64,000 nt of DNA from Podarcis cretensis (taxonomy: Eukaryota), in the NCBI GenBank assembly GCA_951804945.1, contig OX638155.1, positions 5,580,001-5,644,000 of the forward strand, written 5' to 3'. Below, one piece after another: positions 13,433 to 26,121 of the stretch. Below the pieces are notes generated by a model. That model made no database searches. It had not been told where the DNA came from and saw nothing but the letters and a program-made list of their open reading frames with translations. Every line of letters starts with the position of its first letter. The first letter of the stretch is position 1. The position numbers and the translations under genes were made by a program.

Positions 13433-15862
13433 ATGAAGGTGAGAGGAATCCTTCATGGAGAGAGCTTTCAAACACCAGGGAGGTATATTACCCTTCTGAT
13501 ATTTTCATCTTTGTTCTGTAGAGCAGTTTTGGAAGAGGTTCACTATTCCATCCCTGAGGAGATGGCAAAGGGGTCTTTGGTGGGAAATCTTGCCAAGGAT
13601 CTGGGACTAAATGCCAGAGAACTGAAGAGCAGAAACCTGCATATCATTTCTGAAGGTAAAAAGCCATATTTCACTATCAATGCTGAAAATGGAAACCTGT
13701 ATGTGAATGAGAGGATAGATCGTGAGGGGATGTGTAGAGAGAGCACACACTGCATTATTGATTTTGAAGCTGTGGTGGAAAAGCCATTGAATGTTTTCCA
13801 TGTAAGTGTAGCAATTCAGGACATTAATGATAATGCCCCACAATTCTTAGAAGCTAATATTAGACTTGAAATAATTGAATCCACATTGCCAGGTGCTAGA
13901 TTTCTCCTTGGGAAAGCTGAAGATCCTGATATTGGGATTAATTCTCTTCAAAACTACCAGTTAAACATAAATCAGTTCTTTGTATTAGAAATTAAACACA
14001 GTCTAGATGGCCATAAAAATGCAGAATTGCTCCTGCAAAAACCTTTGGATCGGGAAAGTGAGCACTCGCTTCAGTTGATCCTTACAGCTCTTGATGGAGG
14101 TGAACCCAAAAAAACTGGGACTGCCCAGATATGGATTAACGTCACAGATGCCAATGACAACCCACCAGTCTTCACTCAAGAGGTTTATACAGTTAGCCTG
14201 AGGGAAAATTCCCCTGTGGGGTCCTCCATACTCCAAGTAAAAGCCTCTGATAGGGATGAAGGTTCAAATAGTCAGATCCATTACACATTCAGTAAAGTCC
14301 CAGAAAAAGTGTATGAGAAATTTAGACTAGATCCACAAAGTGGAACAATTACAATTAAGGAGAGCCTTGACTTTGAGGAAACAGAGAAGTACACTATGGC
14401 AGTTGAAGCAAGAGATGGAGGTGGATTAGTGGCTCACTCTAATGTTGATATAAAGATTATAGATGAGAATGACAATGCTCCAGAAATTATTCTAGCCTCC
14501 TTATCTTCTCCAATTCCCGAAGATTCTGTTTCTGGAACAGTAATAGCTCTCATCAATGTAAAGGATAGGGATTCTGGAGAAAATGGAAAGATCACCTGCC
14601 ACTTACAAAGTAATGTACCATTTAAAATAGTGTCAACATCTAAGAACTACTACAAAATCCTTACAGACAGTCCTTTGGACAGAGAAAAAGCCTCAGGATA
14701 CAACATCACAATCACAGCTACTGACAAAGGTAGCCCCCCTCTCTCCTCCAACAAAACCATCTCCCTGCAGATTTCAGATATCAATGACAATCGCCCTGCC
14801 TTTGAAAAATCATCTTATAGTGTCTTTGTGCCTGAAAACAATCCCTCAGGTGCCTCCATTTTCTCCATCAAAGCCTCGGACCCGGATCTGGACCGCAACT
14901 CACGTATCACTTACTCCATCCTCAACAGCAACATGGAGGAGCTGCCTCTCTCCTCTTATGTGTCCATCAACTCTGAGACGGGAACTATCTATGCACAGCG
15001 CTCCTTTGACTATGAGCAATTCAGGGAGTTTCAGATCCAAGTGAAGGCCCAAGATGGCGGCTCTCCCTGTCTCAGCAACAACGCCACCGTGTGGGTGTAC
15101 ATTTTGGATCAGAATGATAACAGCCCCCGCGTTCTGTATCCTGTCCCGGGTGTTGAGGGCTCTGCCTTGTTTGAGATGGTTCCTCACTCAGCAGAGCCAG
15201 GCTACCTAGTGACCAAAGTGGTGGCTGTGGACGCAGACTCTGGGCACAATGCCTGGCTCTCCTACCAAGTGCTGCAGGCCACAGAGCCAGCCCTCTTCAC
15301 CATTGGGACCCACACGGGAGAGATCAGGACATCACGAGCCCTTCTGGAGAAAGATGCTGTGAAACAGAAGCTGGTCATCTTGGTGAAGGACAATGGGAAG
15401 GCTCCGCTCTCAGCTACTGTGGTCCTCAACCTCGTGGTTGCCGAGAACTTCCAAGAGGCACTTCCAGAAATGACTAGGCAATCCAGTGACACAGAGCATC
15501 ATTCTGACCTCCAGTTTTACTTGGTGCTGGCTTTGGCATTGATCTCATTTTTATTCCTCCTGACGGTGATACTGGTCATTGTCATGAAACTTCGACAGTC
15601 AGGAAATCCCAAATTATTCCAATGCTTTGAACCTAATGCTTTTTCTAAGGCGCAGGTCATATTTCCACCAAACTATGAAGAAGGAACTTTACCTTATTCC
15701 TACCAACTCTGCCTATCGTCAGAGATGAGGAAAGAGCAGATCTCTTTCCCAAAACCCCATATCCAGGTGGCAGAAAACTTGCTATGCAATGATAGCTCTC
15801 AGGTGGTTCTTGTGGATGGCAGCTGTGGGGATGCCAGTGCCAAAGAGGAGGTTGGTGAGCAG
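13433..15862 (+). CDS. PCDHGB: Protocadherin gamma-B-like variable exon V3 (type B2; ORF to 15898)
   Basis: The ORF track starts at GTG 13409; first in-frame ATG is 13433. Six EC repeats, [36 protein letters not shown]. Phase-0 donor CAG|GTAAGC at 15862/15863. Confidence 0.95.
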
Positions 15863-16299
15863 GTAAGCTTTGCTTTCAGAAATGGCCTTACCTTATAAGA
15901 ATAAAACTAATATTTTTATTTCATTTTACTATATAAAGGGGTCAGGAAAACAAAATTACAGTGTTAACAGCAGTTGTTCTGATTGTGAAGAACTTTCCCT
16001 ACACATAGAAATGCTAGACGAAGCATAAATTCTGAGGCATGCAATAATGGCAGAGTGAGTCTTCATCTCAGGAATTAATTGAAATGTAAGCATGCATACA
16101 GCTTGAGTGTTCAATCTTCCTGTGGGGTATTAGCATGTCACCATAAATATATAGTTATTTATACATCCCTCATCAATTAAAAATAAGGATTTGTACTTTT
16201 TCACTCACACAAAGCACATTTTATTTGCCCTGTTATGATCAGCTTAACTGAAGAATGCATAAAACGTGAATTCTTCCTATTTATTTGTAGTATTATTTT

Positions 16300-16615
16300 G
16301 GGCTGTGTGTGGCTTCTCTGGAGGATTCATAAAAAGAAGTTGTGTGAAATACAGCAAGCACAGAAAAAGGCATCCCAAATGATCAATGGGTGCAACAACT
16401 TCTGTAGGGATATTTAGTTTACATAAAATACAAGAAGGGAAGTGAAACAGCTGTATAGGTTTATTAACAAGGTTGAGAAAATGAATAGAGAGATCTCCCT
16501 CCCCCATATTACTGGAGCCTGTGGCCATTGGGTGAAGCTGAACATTGGGAGATTCAGAACAGATTTAAGGAAGACCTTCTTCATACAATGCATAGTTAAA
16601 CTATCGAATTCCTTG
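16300..16615 (+). mobile_element. CR1 LINE 3' ORF2 fragment, degraded (remainder at 17480-17700)
   Basis: cagaaaaaggcatcccaaatgatc...gaagctgaacattgggagattcagaacaga...ttcttcatacaatgcatagttaaact (KLNIGRFRTD-RKTFFIQ), typical of the CR1 C-terminus. Paralogous copy at 29040-29210. Confidence 0.7.
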
Positions 16616-16775
16616 TTGACAACTAAATGCAACAAAGTAATTGCCAGAGAAGTCTGGGACATCAGATCAGTGAAAATGGGTATGGCAGCAAACAATTAGT
16701 GTGAATCTTAAGAAACACTTGTATACATTTATTTTTTGATGGTACATGACACTACTGTGGCTTCGTCACATTTTA

Positions 16776-16880
16776 GTTGTTGTTGTTTAGTTGTTTAGTC
16801 ATGCCCGACTCGTCATGACCCCATGGACCAGAGCACGCCAGGCACTCCAGTCTTCCACTGCCTCCCACAGTTTGGTCAAA
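16776..16880 (-). mobile_element. Bov-B (RTE) LINE 3' end fragment
   Basis: (CAA)n tail on the minus strand plus gaccccatggaccagagcacgccaggcact..., near-identical to 46610-46675. Confidence 0.8.
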
Positions 16881-17479
16881 TTTATAGTACAGCAAATAAT
16901 TACGTTGGAAGTACAATTCAACCAATGCTAGGATGCAACAGATTTGGGAGGCATGTCCCTAAATTAAGAATTTGTGGGTGGATATAATAAGAGAAAATGA
17001 AATAATGACAGGATGCATTTTGCCAATGGATCCTCTCATTGATTTCTCTAGTTACTTTAAGGATTTAGTACAACAGAAGACTGATAATTACTCCAACAAT
17101 AACTGTCTGTGGCCAGAGCAACTATTTGTTATAACTGTGGGCAGGGGGCAGGGCTAAGAACACCAGCTTTAGGGGAATGGATTACTACAGCATGGAATAT
17201 TTTATCAATGGTTCAACTAATTAATACAGTAAGAGTCAGAGAGGGGAGGCAGTCTGATAACTTTCTGCGTTTATTTTCATAATTTATTGGTGCAATGAAG
17301 TTCAAGATAATGCAGACCCACATACTTTATTTGGATCTTTGTGAAGGCTATATGCTTTATTTGAGTTCATAATAGGAATTTAATTATAATTGTATACCCA
17401 ACCATTTTCTTTTTATATAACCCATTTCTAAATAATTTACTTATTTAAACAAACAAACAAACAATGGAAATCATTACCA

Positions 17480-17700
17480 CAAGAAGAAATGATGGTCACC
17501 TACTTGGGTGGTTTTAAAGGGGGATTAGAAAAAAATTCATTGTCATGTTGGCTATATTATGTCTAGTACCAGACACCTCTGACTGTGGACCAAGGGCAGA
17601 GCTTTTGAGGGGCATCTGGTTGGCCACAGTGGGAGAAAGGATGCTGGACTCAATAGAGCTCTGGCCTGATCCAGCAGGTCTCTTCTTATGCTTTTATGTT
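17480..17700 (+). mobile_element. CR1 3' UTR fragment
   Basis: gatggtcacctacttgggtggttttaaaggggga...catctggttggccac...gatgctggact...ggcctgatccagcagg...ttcttatg. Paralogous copy at 29830-30012. Confidence 0.65.
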
Positions 17701-18059
17701 TTTATGAAATAGAATTGTGTGCAATGTTTCTGTGTGATAGACTAGCAGATGAAAAACTAGAAGCATGTTGAAAATTAGGCAGCACTCTGGTTGTGATCAC
17801 TTGGAAATGTAATTCCGTTCAGTGGGGGTCCAGTTTCAAGGGGATATATGGCAGGCAAAAATATTTGAATAGCATACACATCTCCAGATTGGGTTTATGG
17901 TCCTGTAGGCTGTTCTACGGAGCAATAAGAGGAGCTATTCCCTTTAATGCATACAAACAGAAAGTAAATTACTTTAGTTATTTTCTAATAAAACCTCTAT
18001 CATATACTCTTTCAATTAGACACTATTGATTTCTTCTAACACCTCTTGTCTCTCCACTG

Positions 18060-18223
18060 TTCTCAGTTCCGTTGTGCCAAAAGCGGTTTAATCATGCTGG
18101 CCACATGACCTGGAAAGCTGTCTGTGGACAAATGCTGGCTCCCTCGGCCTGAAAAAGAGATGAGTGCTGCCACCCCATAGTCGCCTTTGACAGAACTTAA
18201 CTATCCAGGGGTCCTTTACCTTT
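18060..18223 (+). mobile_element. Sauria SINE 3' half
   Basis: catgctggccacatgacctggaa...gctggctccctcggcc...gatgagtgc...ggtcctttaccttt. Confidence 0.75.
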
Positions 18224-18981
18224 TTTTACTGCTGGTAGAGCAACTACAGCCATTGGTCCTGCACTTGTGCTGTGTTCCTGCTTTGATCACAGGGGAGCAA
18301 CTGCTAAACAAGGACATTTGTGTGGCACCAGCAGGTAGGAGGTAAGGGGCAGAGTCTGATGTAGAACCAATACAGGCGAACACACTTTTATTACCTAGTG
18401 CTGCCTAGACAGAAGCTGCAAGTGTTGCATCTTATCTTACCCTCAACAGACAGAGAGAGAACTCTTGGAATAGTAAGTTACTCTTGGAATTCCTACCCAA
18501 CCCTGAGAAGAACTTGTGCTCTGTTCCATAAATGTTGATGAACAGGCACCCAACAACTTGGAGAGATAAAAAAGAGAATAATTTCAAGAGGGTGTTTATA
18601 TTCTATTTAAGCAACAACAACAAAAATACTGTAGACTTACAGCTCTTGTGCTACTATAGCATAACTATTATCGTAATACATTAATTTTAAGATAAAGTTT
18701 TACTCTGTAACTGGATATTTATATATTAATAATAATGTTTCCATATTTCCAATAAAAAATGAAGATGTGCATAACCTAAATATAATTGCAGTATTAGATA
18801 CGACCCCAATTTTCACAGTACTGAAAAGCCACGAACATAAATGAGGGTAGCTGTACACTAAGAAAGAACACCAAGGAAAAGCTTTCTCACATGCTCCACT
18901 AAGTGAGCAGAAGGGAAGGTACAGTATGTGCTGTAGAAACATCTGCATTTATTCACTTCTGTCTATTTTCATAGAACAAAA

Positions 18982-19023
18982 TGCAGTTCCTTGAGTGGTC
19001 CTCTAAGTGTCAGTGTTGGCCAG
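18982..19023 (+). promoter_or_regulatory. CSE/CTCF site of V4 (CAGT variant)
   Basis: tgcagttccttgagtggtcctctaagtgtCAGTgttggccag. Confidence 0.8.
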
Positions 19024-19294
19024 TATGAGAGCCAGAGAGAGGATAGAGATCCATTGATGCTTCCTAGACTGCAGTAACTCCCATCCCTGCTATTCAGATC
19101 AAGCCAACTGAAGAGCACAGAGACAGGGAACTCTTGCAGAGAAGGAAAAATCTCTTTTGCTTTGCACACATGTGAGAACAAGGGCAATTTATTCTTCCTC
19201 AGTGATACCTCATGTTGTTTCCTGCATCACTGTGAGAGCTTGAGCATAGGAAACTGAGAAAAGGAAGCAGCCTGTTTTTGAGAGAACCAGCCAG

Positions 19295-21715
19295 ATGGAG
19301 AGAAGGCACACAGGGAATGGCAGGGCACTCACAAGGCAAGTACTGCTTCTCTCTCTATTGTCTTTTACCTGTTGGGCTGCATCAGAGCAGATTCATTATT
19401 CAACCCCTGAGGAGATGGCAAAGGGTTCTGTTGTGGGGAACCTCGCCAAGGAGCTGGGACTGAGCACCAAAGAACTAAAACATCGCAATCTGCACACTGT
19501 GTCTGTGGCTAAAATGCAGCATTTCAGTATCAATGCAGAGAATGGAAACCTCTATGTAAATGACAGGATTGATAGGGAGGGGATATGTGGCAAAAATCCA
19601 AATTGCTTTGTTAATTTTGAAGTTGTGGTGGAAAACCCTTTGAATATTTTTCATGTGCTAGTGGAAATCCAGGATGTTAATGATAATGCACCACAATTCC
19701 TCAATGGCAACATCAACTTGGAGACAGGAGAACAAACTTTGCCAGGCACTCGATTTCTCCTTGGGAAAGCAGAAGATCCTGACATTGGGATGAACTCTCT
19801 CCAGGATTACCAGCTGAGCTCCAATCAGTACTTCAGTTTGGAAATTAGAGAGAGAAAGGATGGAAATAAATATGCAGAACTGGTGCTACAGAAACCTCTT
19901 GATCGAGAAAGTGAACAGACCCTTCACTTGGTTCTTACCGCTATGGATGGGGGTGAGCCTAGGAAAACTGGGACGGCCCAGATACAGATTAATGTCACAG
20001 ATGCCAATGACAACCCACCTGTTTTCAGTCAAGAGGTATACAAGGTCAGCTTATCTGAAAATCTTCCTGTTGGGTCACTTGTGCTCCAGGTTGCAGCCTC
20101 TGATAAAGATGAAGGTTTATATGCCCAAATCAGGTATCATTTTAGCAACATACCAGCAACTGCCGAACGGAAATTCAAGCTGGATCCCATCAGCGGCCAA
20201 ATCACACTACTGGAGCAACTGGATTTTGAGGACAATGATGAATATACGATGACAGTTGCTGCAAAAGATGGAGGTGGATTGATGACACATTCTAACATTG
20301 AGCTAAGGGTTCATGATGAGAATGATAATGCCCCGGATGTGACCTTAGCCTCCATGTTCAGCCCTGTTCCTGAAGATTCTCTGCCAGGGACAGTTATTGC
20401 TCTGATCAATGTAAATGACAGAGATAGTGGAGATAATGGGAAGGTCACTTGCTATTTACACGATGATTTACCCTTCAAAATTCTTCCCTCATCTAACAAT
20501 TACTTCAAGCTCCAGACAGACAGTCCTTTGGACAGAGAAATAGCTCCTGCATATAGTATTACAATCACAGCCACTGATAAAGGAACTCCACCTCTTTCCA
20601 CACACAAAACAATTTCACTACAGATCTCAGATATCAATGATAATGCCCCTACTTTTCAGAAATCGTCTTACAACATCTACGTGCCAGAAAACAATCCTTC
20701 AGGTGCCTCCATTTTCACCATCAAAGCCTCTGATTCTGACATGGACCAGAACTCACGGATCACATACTCCATCCTCAACAGCAACATCGAGGAGCTTCCC
20801 ACCTCCTCCTATATTTCCATTAATTCAGAGACCGGCACCATCTATGCCCAGAGATCCTTTGACTATGAACAATTCAGAGAGTTCCATCTGCAAGTGAAGG
20901 CCCAAGATGGGGGTTCTCTCCCTCTCAGCAGCAATGTGAGCGTCAGGGTGTTTGTTCTTGACAGGAATGATAACAGCCCTCGTATCCTGTCCCCCTCACA
21001 AGAAGCCAAGGGCTCAGCCTTGTTTGAGATGGTGCCTCGTTCGGCCGAGGCAGATTATCTTGTCACCAAGGTGGTGGCCATGGATGCAGATTCCGGACAC
21101 AACGCCTGGCTCTCCTACCACCTCACTCAGGCCACTGAGCCGGCACTCTTCACAGTTGGTTCTCATACTGGAGAGATCAGGACAGCCAGGGCCTTTGTGG
21201 AGAGAGACGCTGTGAAACAGAGACTGGTCATTATGGTGAAGGATAACGGGCAGCCGTCTCTCTCGGCCACCATGACTCTGAACCTGGTGTTTGCTGAGAA
21301 CTTTCAGGAGGCCCTTCCGGAAATGAAGAGCCAACCCAGCAGCTCGGAGTATCAGTCTGACCTGCAGTTCTACTTGGTGCTGGCCTTAGCTGTGATCTCC
21401 TTCTTGTTCCTCTTGACTGTCATTCTGGCCGTTACAATGAAGCTCCATCAATCAGGGCATCCCAGGTTCCTACAGTGCTTTGGTCCTGTTCCCCATTCCA
21501 AGAATGGTGATATCTTCCCACCCAACTTTGAAGATGGGACTTTGCCCTATTCCTACCAGCTGTGTCTGTCTTCTGAGACCAGGAAGAATGAGTTTGCCTT
21601 CCTGACACCCAGTGTTCAGATGGTAGACAATATTCTTGGCAGTGAGAAACCTAGTGTGCCTTTTACAGGCAACAGTGGAAACAGTTTTCATTCTGAGATG
21701 GCTAATGGTGAAGAG
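19295..21715 (+). CDS. PCDHGB: Protocadherin gamma-B-like variable exon V4 (type B1; ORF to 21835)
   Basis: Full six-EC plus TM ORF. Phase-0 donor GAG|GTAAGA at 21715/21716. Confidence 0.95.
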
Positions 21716-22966
21716 GTAAGATTTGTTCTCTGCAGTTACATGCATGGTACACTCTGTAGTTCTTTACCGTTAAGTGACATTTCAATACAACCTTTTATAC
21801 TGCAGGTGTACCTGCCTTTTTCAGTCTTTAGTTAGTTTTTCATATAGAAATCAATAGGTAGGGCTTTATTTTGTATGTTCATTTTAATTATTTATTAGCT
21901 TTCTATACTCCCTTTCATCCAAAGATCGCATGGCAGCTTGCAATATAAAAGCTCTCATGTGTCATCATCTTTCCTATCTGTTCTAAGTAGCTGAGGCTAA
22001 ACCACCTGGTGCAATTAGCTATTTCGTAGTCAGTTGAGGTATTCCATTTTCTACTTTCAGGGGATATTGCAATTTTTTGTTCTTTGTTTTGCTGGTGCAT
22101 TCTTCAACATTTGACACAATAATAGTGTATTAATAGTCAATGTATACTGGATTGTCCACACATCATTTTTCTTTATTACTTGTTTTGAGCTGCCTCCCCA
22201 GTGTTATTGCATTTTTGAAGTGAACAGCTGTCATTGCATTAGTCCTTAGCACAGAGCGAGTAACAAAATCTAAACTAGGTAATAAGATTTACATAAACTT
22301 ACATGAAAAATAGCACTACTTGCTAGTTAAACTATTGCCATTTGTAGGGGCACTACTGTATAATGAAAGCGGGACAAAGAATAAACCAGAGCATTGGTGT
22401 TATAAAAAGTTGCAGGATTTCAGCAGGAGGATATGGGACACTCACTCACATTAGTCACAAAGCGGCTTATTGTACCATAAATAATAACAGTAGAACATCA
22501 CAAGCACAATAAAAATCATACAAAATAATAAACAAATCATCAGTAAAGTAAAACAACCACCTTTTAAAATACACTTTTAACAAAACAAGTTTAAAAATAG
22601 GCTAAAGTCATATTATAAAATTCACAAAGCATTACAGCTCTCTTAGTCCACAAAACAATATCAAGAACATTAACAAAGAACCAAAAACAAAATAAGCATT
22701 CATACATCATCATGAGTCACAATAAAAATGGCATGGGGGGGCTTATGATTTACTTAAATCTCCCTAAAGCTAGGCTAGTTATAAATCTCTTTTTTTCAAG
22801 ATTTGTTCGGGGGCGGAGGGGTTTGGTTACACACATACACACACAACGCACATGTATACCTTGCATTAAGTACGTTGTGACATGATGATCTAAGTACCTT
22901 GTGTTTTTTGGCATCAATTTGACTCAAGAATGGACAACTACAACATTCTACAACATTCACCCAGTT

Positions 22967-23030
22967 ATTACTATTACTATTGCTATTGCTATTACAGTTA
23001 TTACTATTACTATTACTATACTATACTATC
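22967..23030. repeat. Imperfect (TACTAT)n repeat
   Basis: Read directly from the sequence. Confidence 0.8.
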
Positions 23031-23168
23031 ACCCAATATAGTGTATCTGTATCGTTTTTAACCTGTAGTGAGCTGTAGCAATCTGGATTTATGTTATAAA
23101 TTGATTTTAATCTAGTACTAGGCTGCTTATATTTACAAGTCTAAATAGGTTGCCTATAGTTTATATTG

Positions 23169-23734
23169 AAGATCATTGTAATACACCCCCGCACCCACAC
23201 CCCCGGTGGTTCAGATACAGAATTTCCCTGTTCCATTCAATAGCAAGAATTGGGTTCCTCTCCTTAAATTGTTGGCATTTAATTGAACATTGGCTGCAAG
23301 ATGTAACCCATTATTTTAATACAGGACTTCATCTGTAATGTGGATGCAACATTATTTGTGCATCTTTGAACTCCACAGAAAATGCATTTGCTTTAATTTT
23401 TTGGAGATGTAAATGGTTGTGCATGTTCTCAATGCTGCCTCTGTGGACAGTTGGGAAAAACATTGTACAAAGTACTTTGACATCATGGTTCAGATCTAGA
23501 GTTTCCCTGTTTCATAGACCAGTGAGGATTGGATTTCACTGATCAAATTGTTGGTATTTAATTGAGCATTGAATGCAATGCTTAACCCATTGTTTTAATG
23601 TAGGAGGTCATGTGTAATGTGGATGCAACCTTTTTATGTGTATCTTTGAACTCCACAGAAGACGCTTTTGCTTTAATCTTTTGGAGGTGTAAATTGTGCA
23701 GCATATTCTCAACGCTGCCTCTGTGGACAGTTGG
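23169..23734 (+). repeat. Diverged tandem duplication of a ~285-bp unit
   Basis: Two copies of cattgta...ggttcagat...gctgcctctgtggacagttgg (ending 23454 and 23734). A single copy is present in the paralogous block at 34180-34420. Confidence 0.85.
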
Positions 23735-25029
23735 CGTGGGCATGGTGGCACCATCTCTAGGCCTCTGTTTGGCATGGCAGTATCTGGCCTTCTCCTTCTA
23801 GCTTCAAACAAGGCAGGCTCTATTAGTTCCCAGTTGGGGCTGAATGGTAGTATTTCGTTCTTGTTGCTAAATTGGCCGAATGAGAGGATGAATGACAGGA
23901 GCTTTCTCATCTGCTAGGCAGTCAATAATTAAAGACTGGCTGTAATTGGACCCCAGCCATTCTTTTTAAATGTGCCACAACTAGCAAGTGCTATGTAGGT
24001 TAGAAAGCATGAGGATCCTATAGTGGGCAGCCTATGACCTGAAAGGACAGTTACCCAAACCAACCTTCATGGCATTCTTACTAGTTTGGGGGAATCTGGT
24101 GATGGCAATTATTCATCTGTACTGATGACCTCATTGACTGTAGCACTTACTGGCTCAGAGCTGATGATACCTAATGGTCTTCATTTGCACCCAGTGGAGC
24201 TGAGGGGGAGGGCACTGAAGAGAAAAGACCAGTTTCAGTATTGATCTAATACTTGGACCCTGGCTGGTGGGCATCAAAGGAGAAACATCATCCTACTTCT
24301 GAGGTAGTTTGTCTATCTTTGGTCCCCACCATGCACACAGGCACTATGGCAGTGGTCACATCCTGGGATATGACTTTGACTGACTGGCTAAAGCAAGTGA
24401 GGGTAGCTGATGGGTCTCAAACCCTCAGTGAGTTAGGGACTTTCTCTGCATGTGAAGACAAGTTCTGGTGGAATGAGCAGACAAAATAATAGTGGGTTCA
24501 GCAATCAAGAAGGTGGTTACTGCACATGCCGTAGAGGGAAGTGAGTGGCAGATCACTTCCTCTTCAACCTGGGAAGGTAACACATTTAGGAGAAGGAAAA
24601 CTCTGATCCAAAACTCTGCTGCCTTGCAGGCTATCCCCTACACAAATCCAGAGTGTAGTCCGTAAGACAATTGGATGTCATCTGCTAATAATTTATAATT
24701 AATCCTTGATTGTGTAACAATCTAGTGAGCACTTGTTTGTATCTATTATGTCTAAGTTAACTTCACCCCTAAAAGCTGAGCGATTTTGTTGTTGTCTCCC
24801 AACTTGTTGAGATAAGATGTCTTCTGTTTCTCTCTCTCATCACTAATCATCCTGTAGATAGTTTCTGCATGAATGAAGCATTTGAACTCCAGAAACTGAA
24901 AGTGATTATTCCAATCTGATTCATGCTGAAAGGTCTACTAACAATGGGCAATTATGCACCAGCAGAGTGGCACTAACATCACTTTGTGGGTGGAAACCAG
25001 TGGAGGCCGACCAGGCCGTGCAGAGGAAA

Positions 25030-25032
<3 letters not shown>

Positions 25033-25068
<36 letters not shown>
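25033..25068. repeat. (GT)n microsatellite
   Basis: Read directly from the sequence. Confidence 0.97.
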
Positions 25069-25070
<2 letters not shown>

Positions 25071-25837
25071 CAAGCTGCATACTCAGGATCCCTTACATAC
25101 TATTGGCTTACAAAAAACCTATAATGTTATTGTTCTGTGTAAAGAAGAGGGTGATGAGCCATACCTGTGAGACTGTGAAGTAGATGTGCAAGGTCAGAAA
25201 CACACATAGTAAATTAAATTAACACTAGAAATTGGAAAGCTATCTACCGTGACTGAATTACTGGAGCACATGAATGTGGGGGGAACAATGGCAAAGTTGA
25301 GAGCTGCTAAATAAATCTATTGAAGGGGTTGTCTACACAAATAGACCAATATTCTGAGCGCTAATACAAGGTGAGATGACAAAACTAAGCATGAGATGTG
25401 GGACTAATTTCAGTGATAAGCAATGTAATAAAAGATGCTTCCTTAGGATATACACTCAAACACAAGAAGATATATACCTCTAAAAGCAGACATTCTTGTT
25501 TCTAAGGTTTATGTGAAGGCCTAACTATAGGCAATAATACATTTTCCTCAATTTCTAAATAGTCCCATACTATAAATGATAATGTTTAATTGTGCAGCCT
25601 GTAATTCCATTTTTGTCAGCAGCACTGCAAATTAATAAGCTTGGAAATAATTGTAAATATCTCTATAAAGGTAGAGTAAAAAATTAACCTGCAAAATATC
25701 AAGACTGGGGTGAAAATTAAAGCTAGTAAAGAAGGTTCACATATTCTGTTTAAAAGCCTGCCTTGAGCCATCACATATGAACACCAACAGAGACCTTGTG
25801 TGACATGTATTGGGGAGAAAAATCACTGGGAAAAGAT

Positions 25838-25879
25838 TGCAGTTCTCGGTTTCAGACTCACAGTGTCACTGTTGGACAA
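25838..25879 (+). promoter_or_regulatory. CSE/CTCF site of V5 (CACT variant)
   Basis: Identical to the V3 element. Confidence 0.8.
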
Positions 25880-26121
25880 GGCGGCAATCCAAGGGCAGCT
25901 GAAGTTCCACTGATGCTTTCTGCAGAGAGATCTCTTTGTCCCAAACTGCACATCGGGAATACCAGCAGACGCTAAAACAAACGTTTCAGCTGAGAAAGAA
26001 AAAAGAAAACACTGCAGCATATACAAATTAAGCCAAAGGATCCAGTTTTTTTTATTGGGCAAAAAAATCTCCTGTCTTGGTGGAAATCTGAAATCCTGTG
26101 CTCATCAAAGAGAAGAGGAAA

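Noticed and set aside
24480-24680. Possible RTE-type LINE 5' fragment (ggagaaggaaaactctgatcc...)
   Set aside because: It looks repeat-like, but I cannot support a family assignment or boundaries without a database search.
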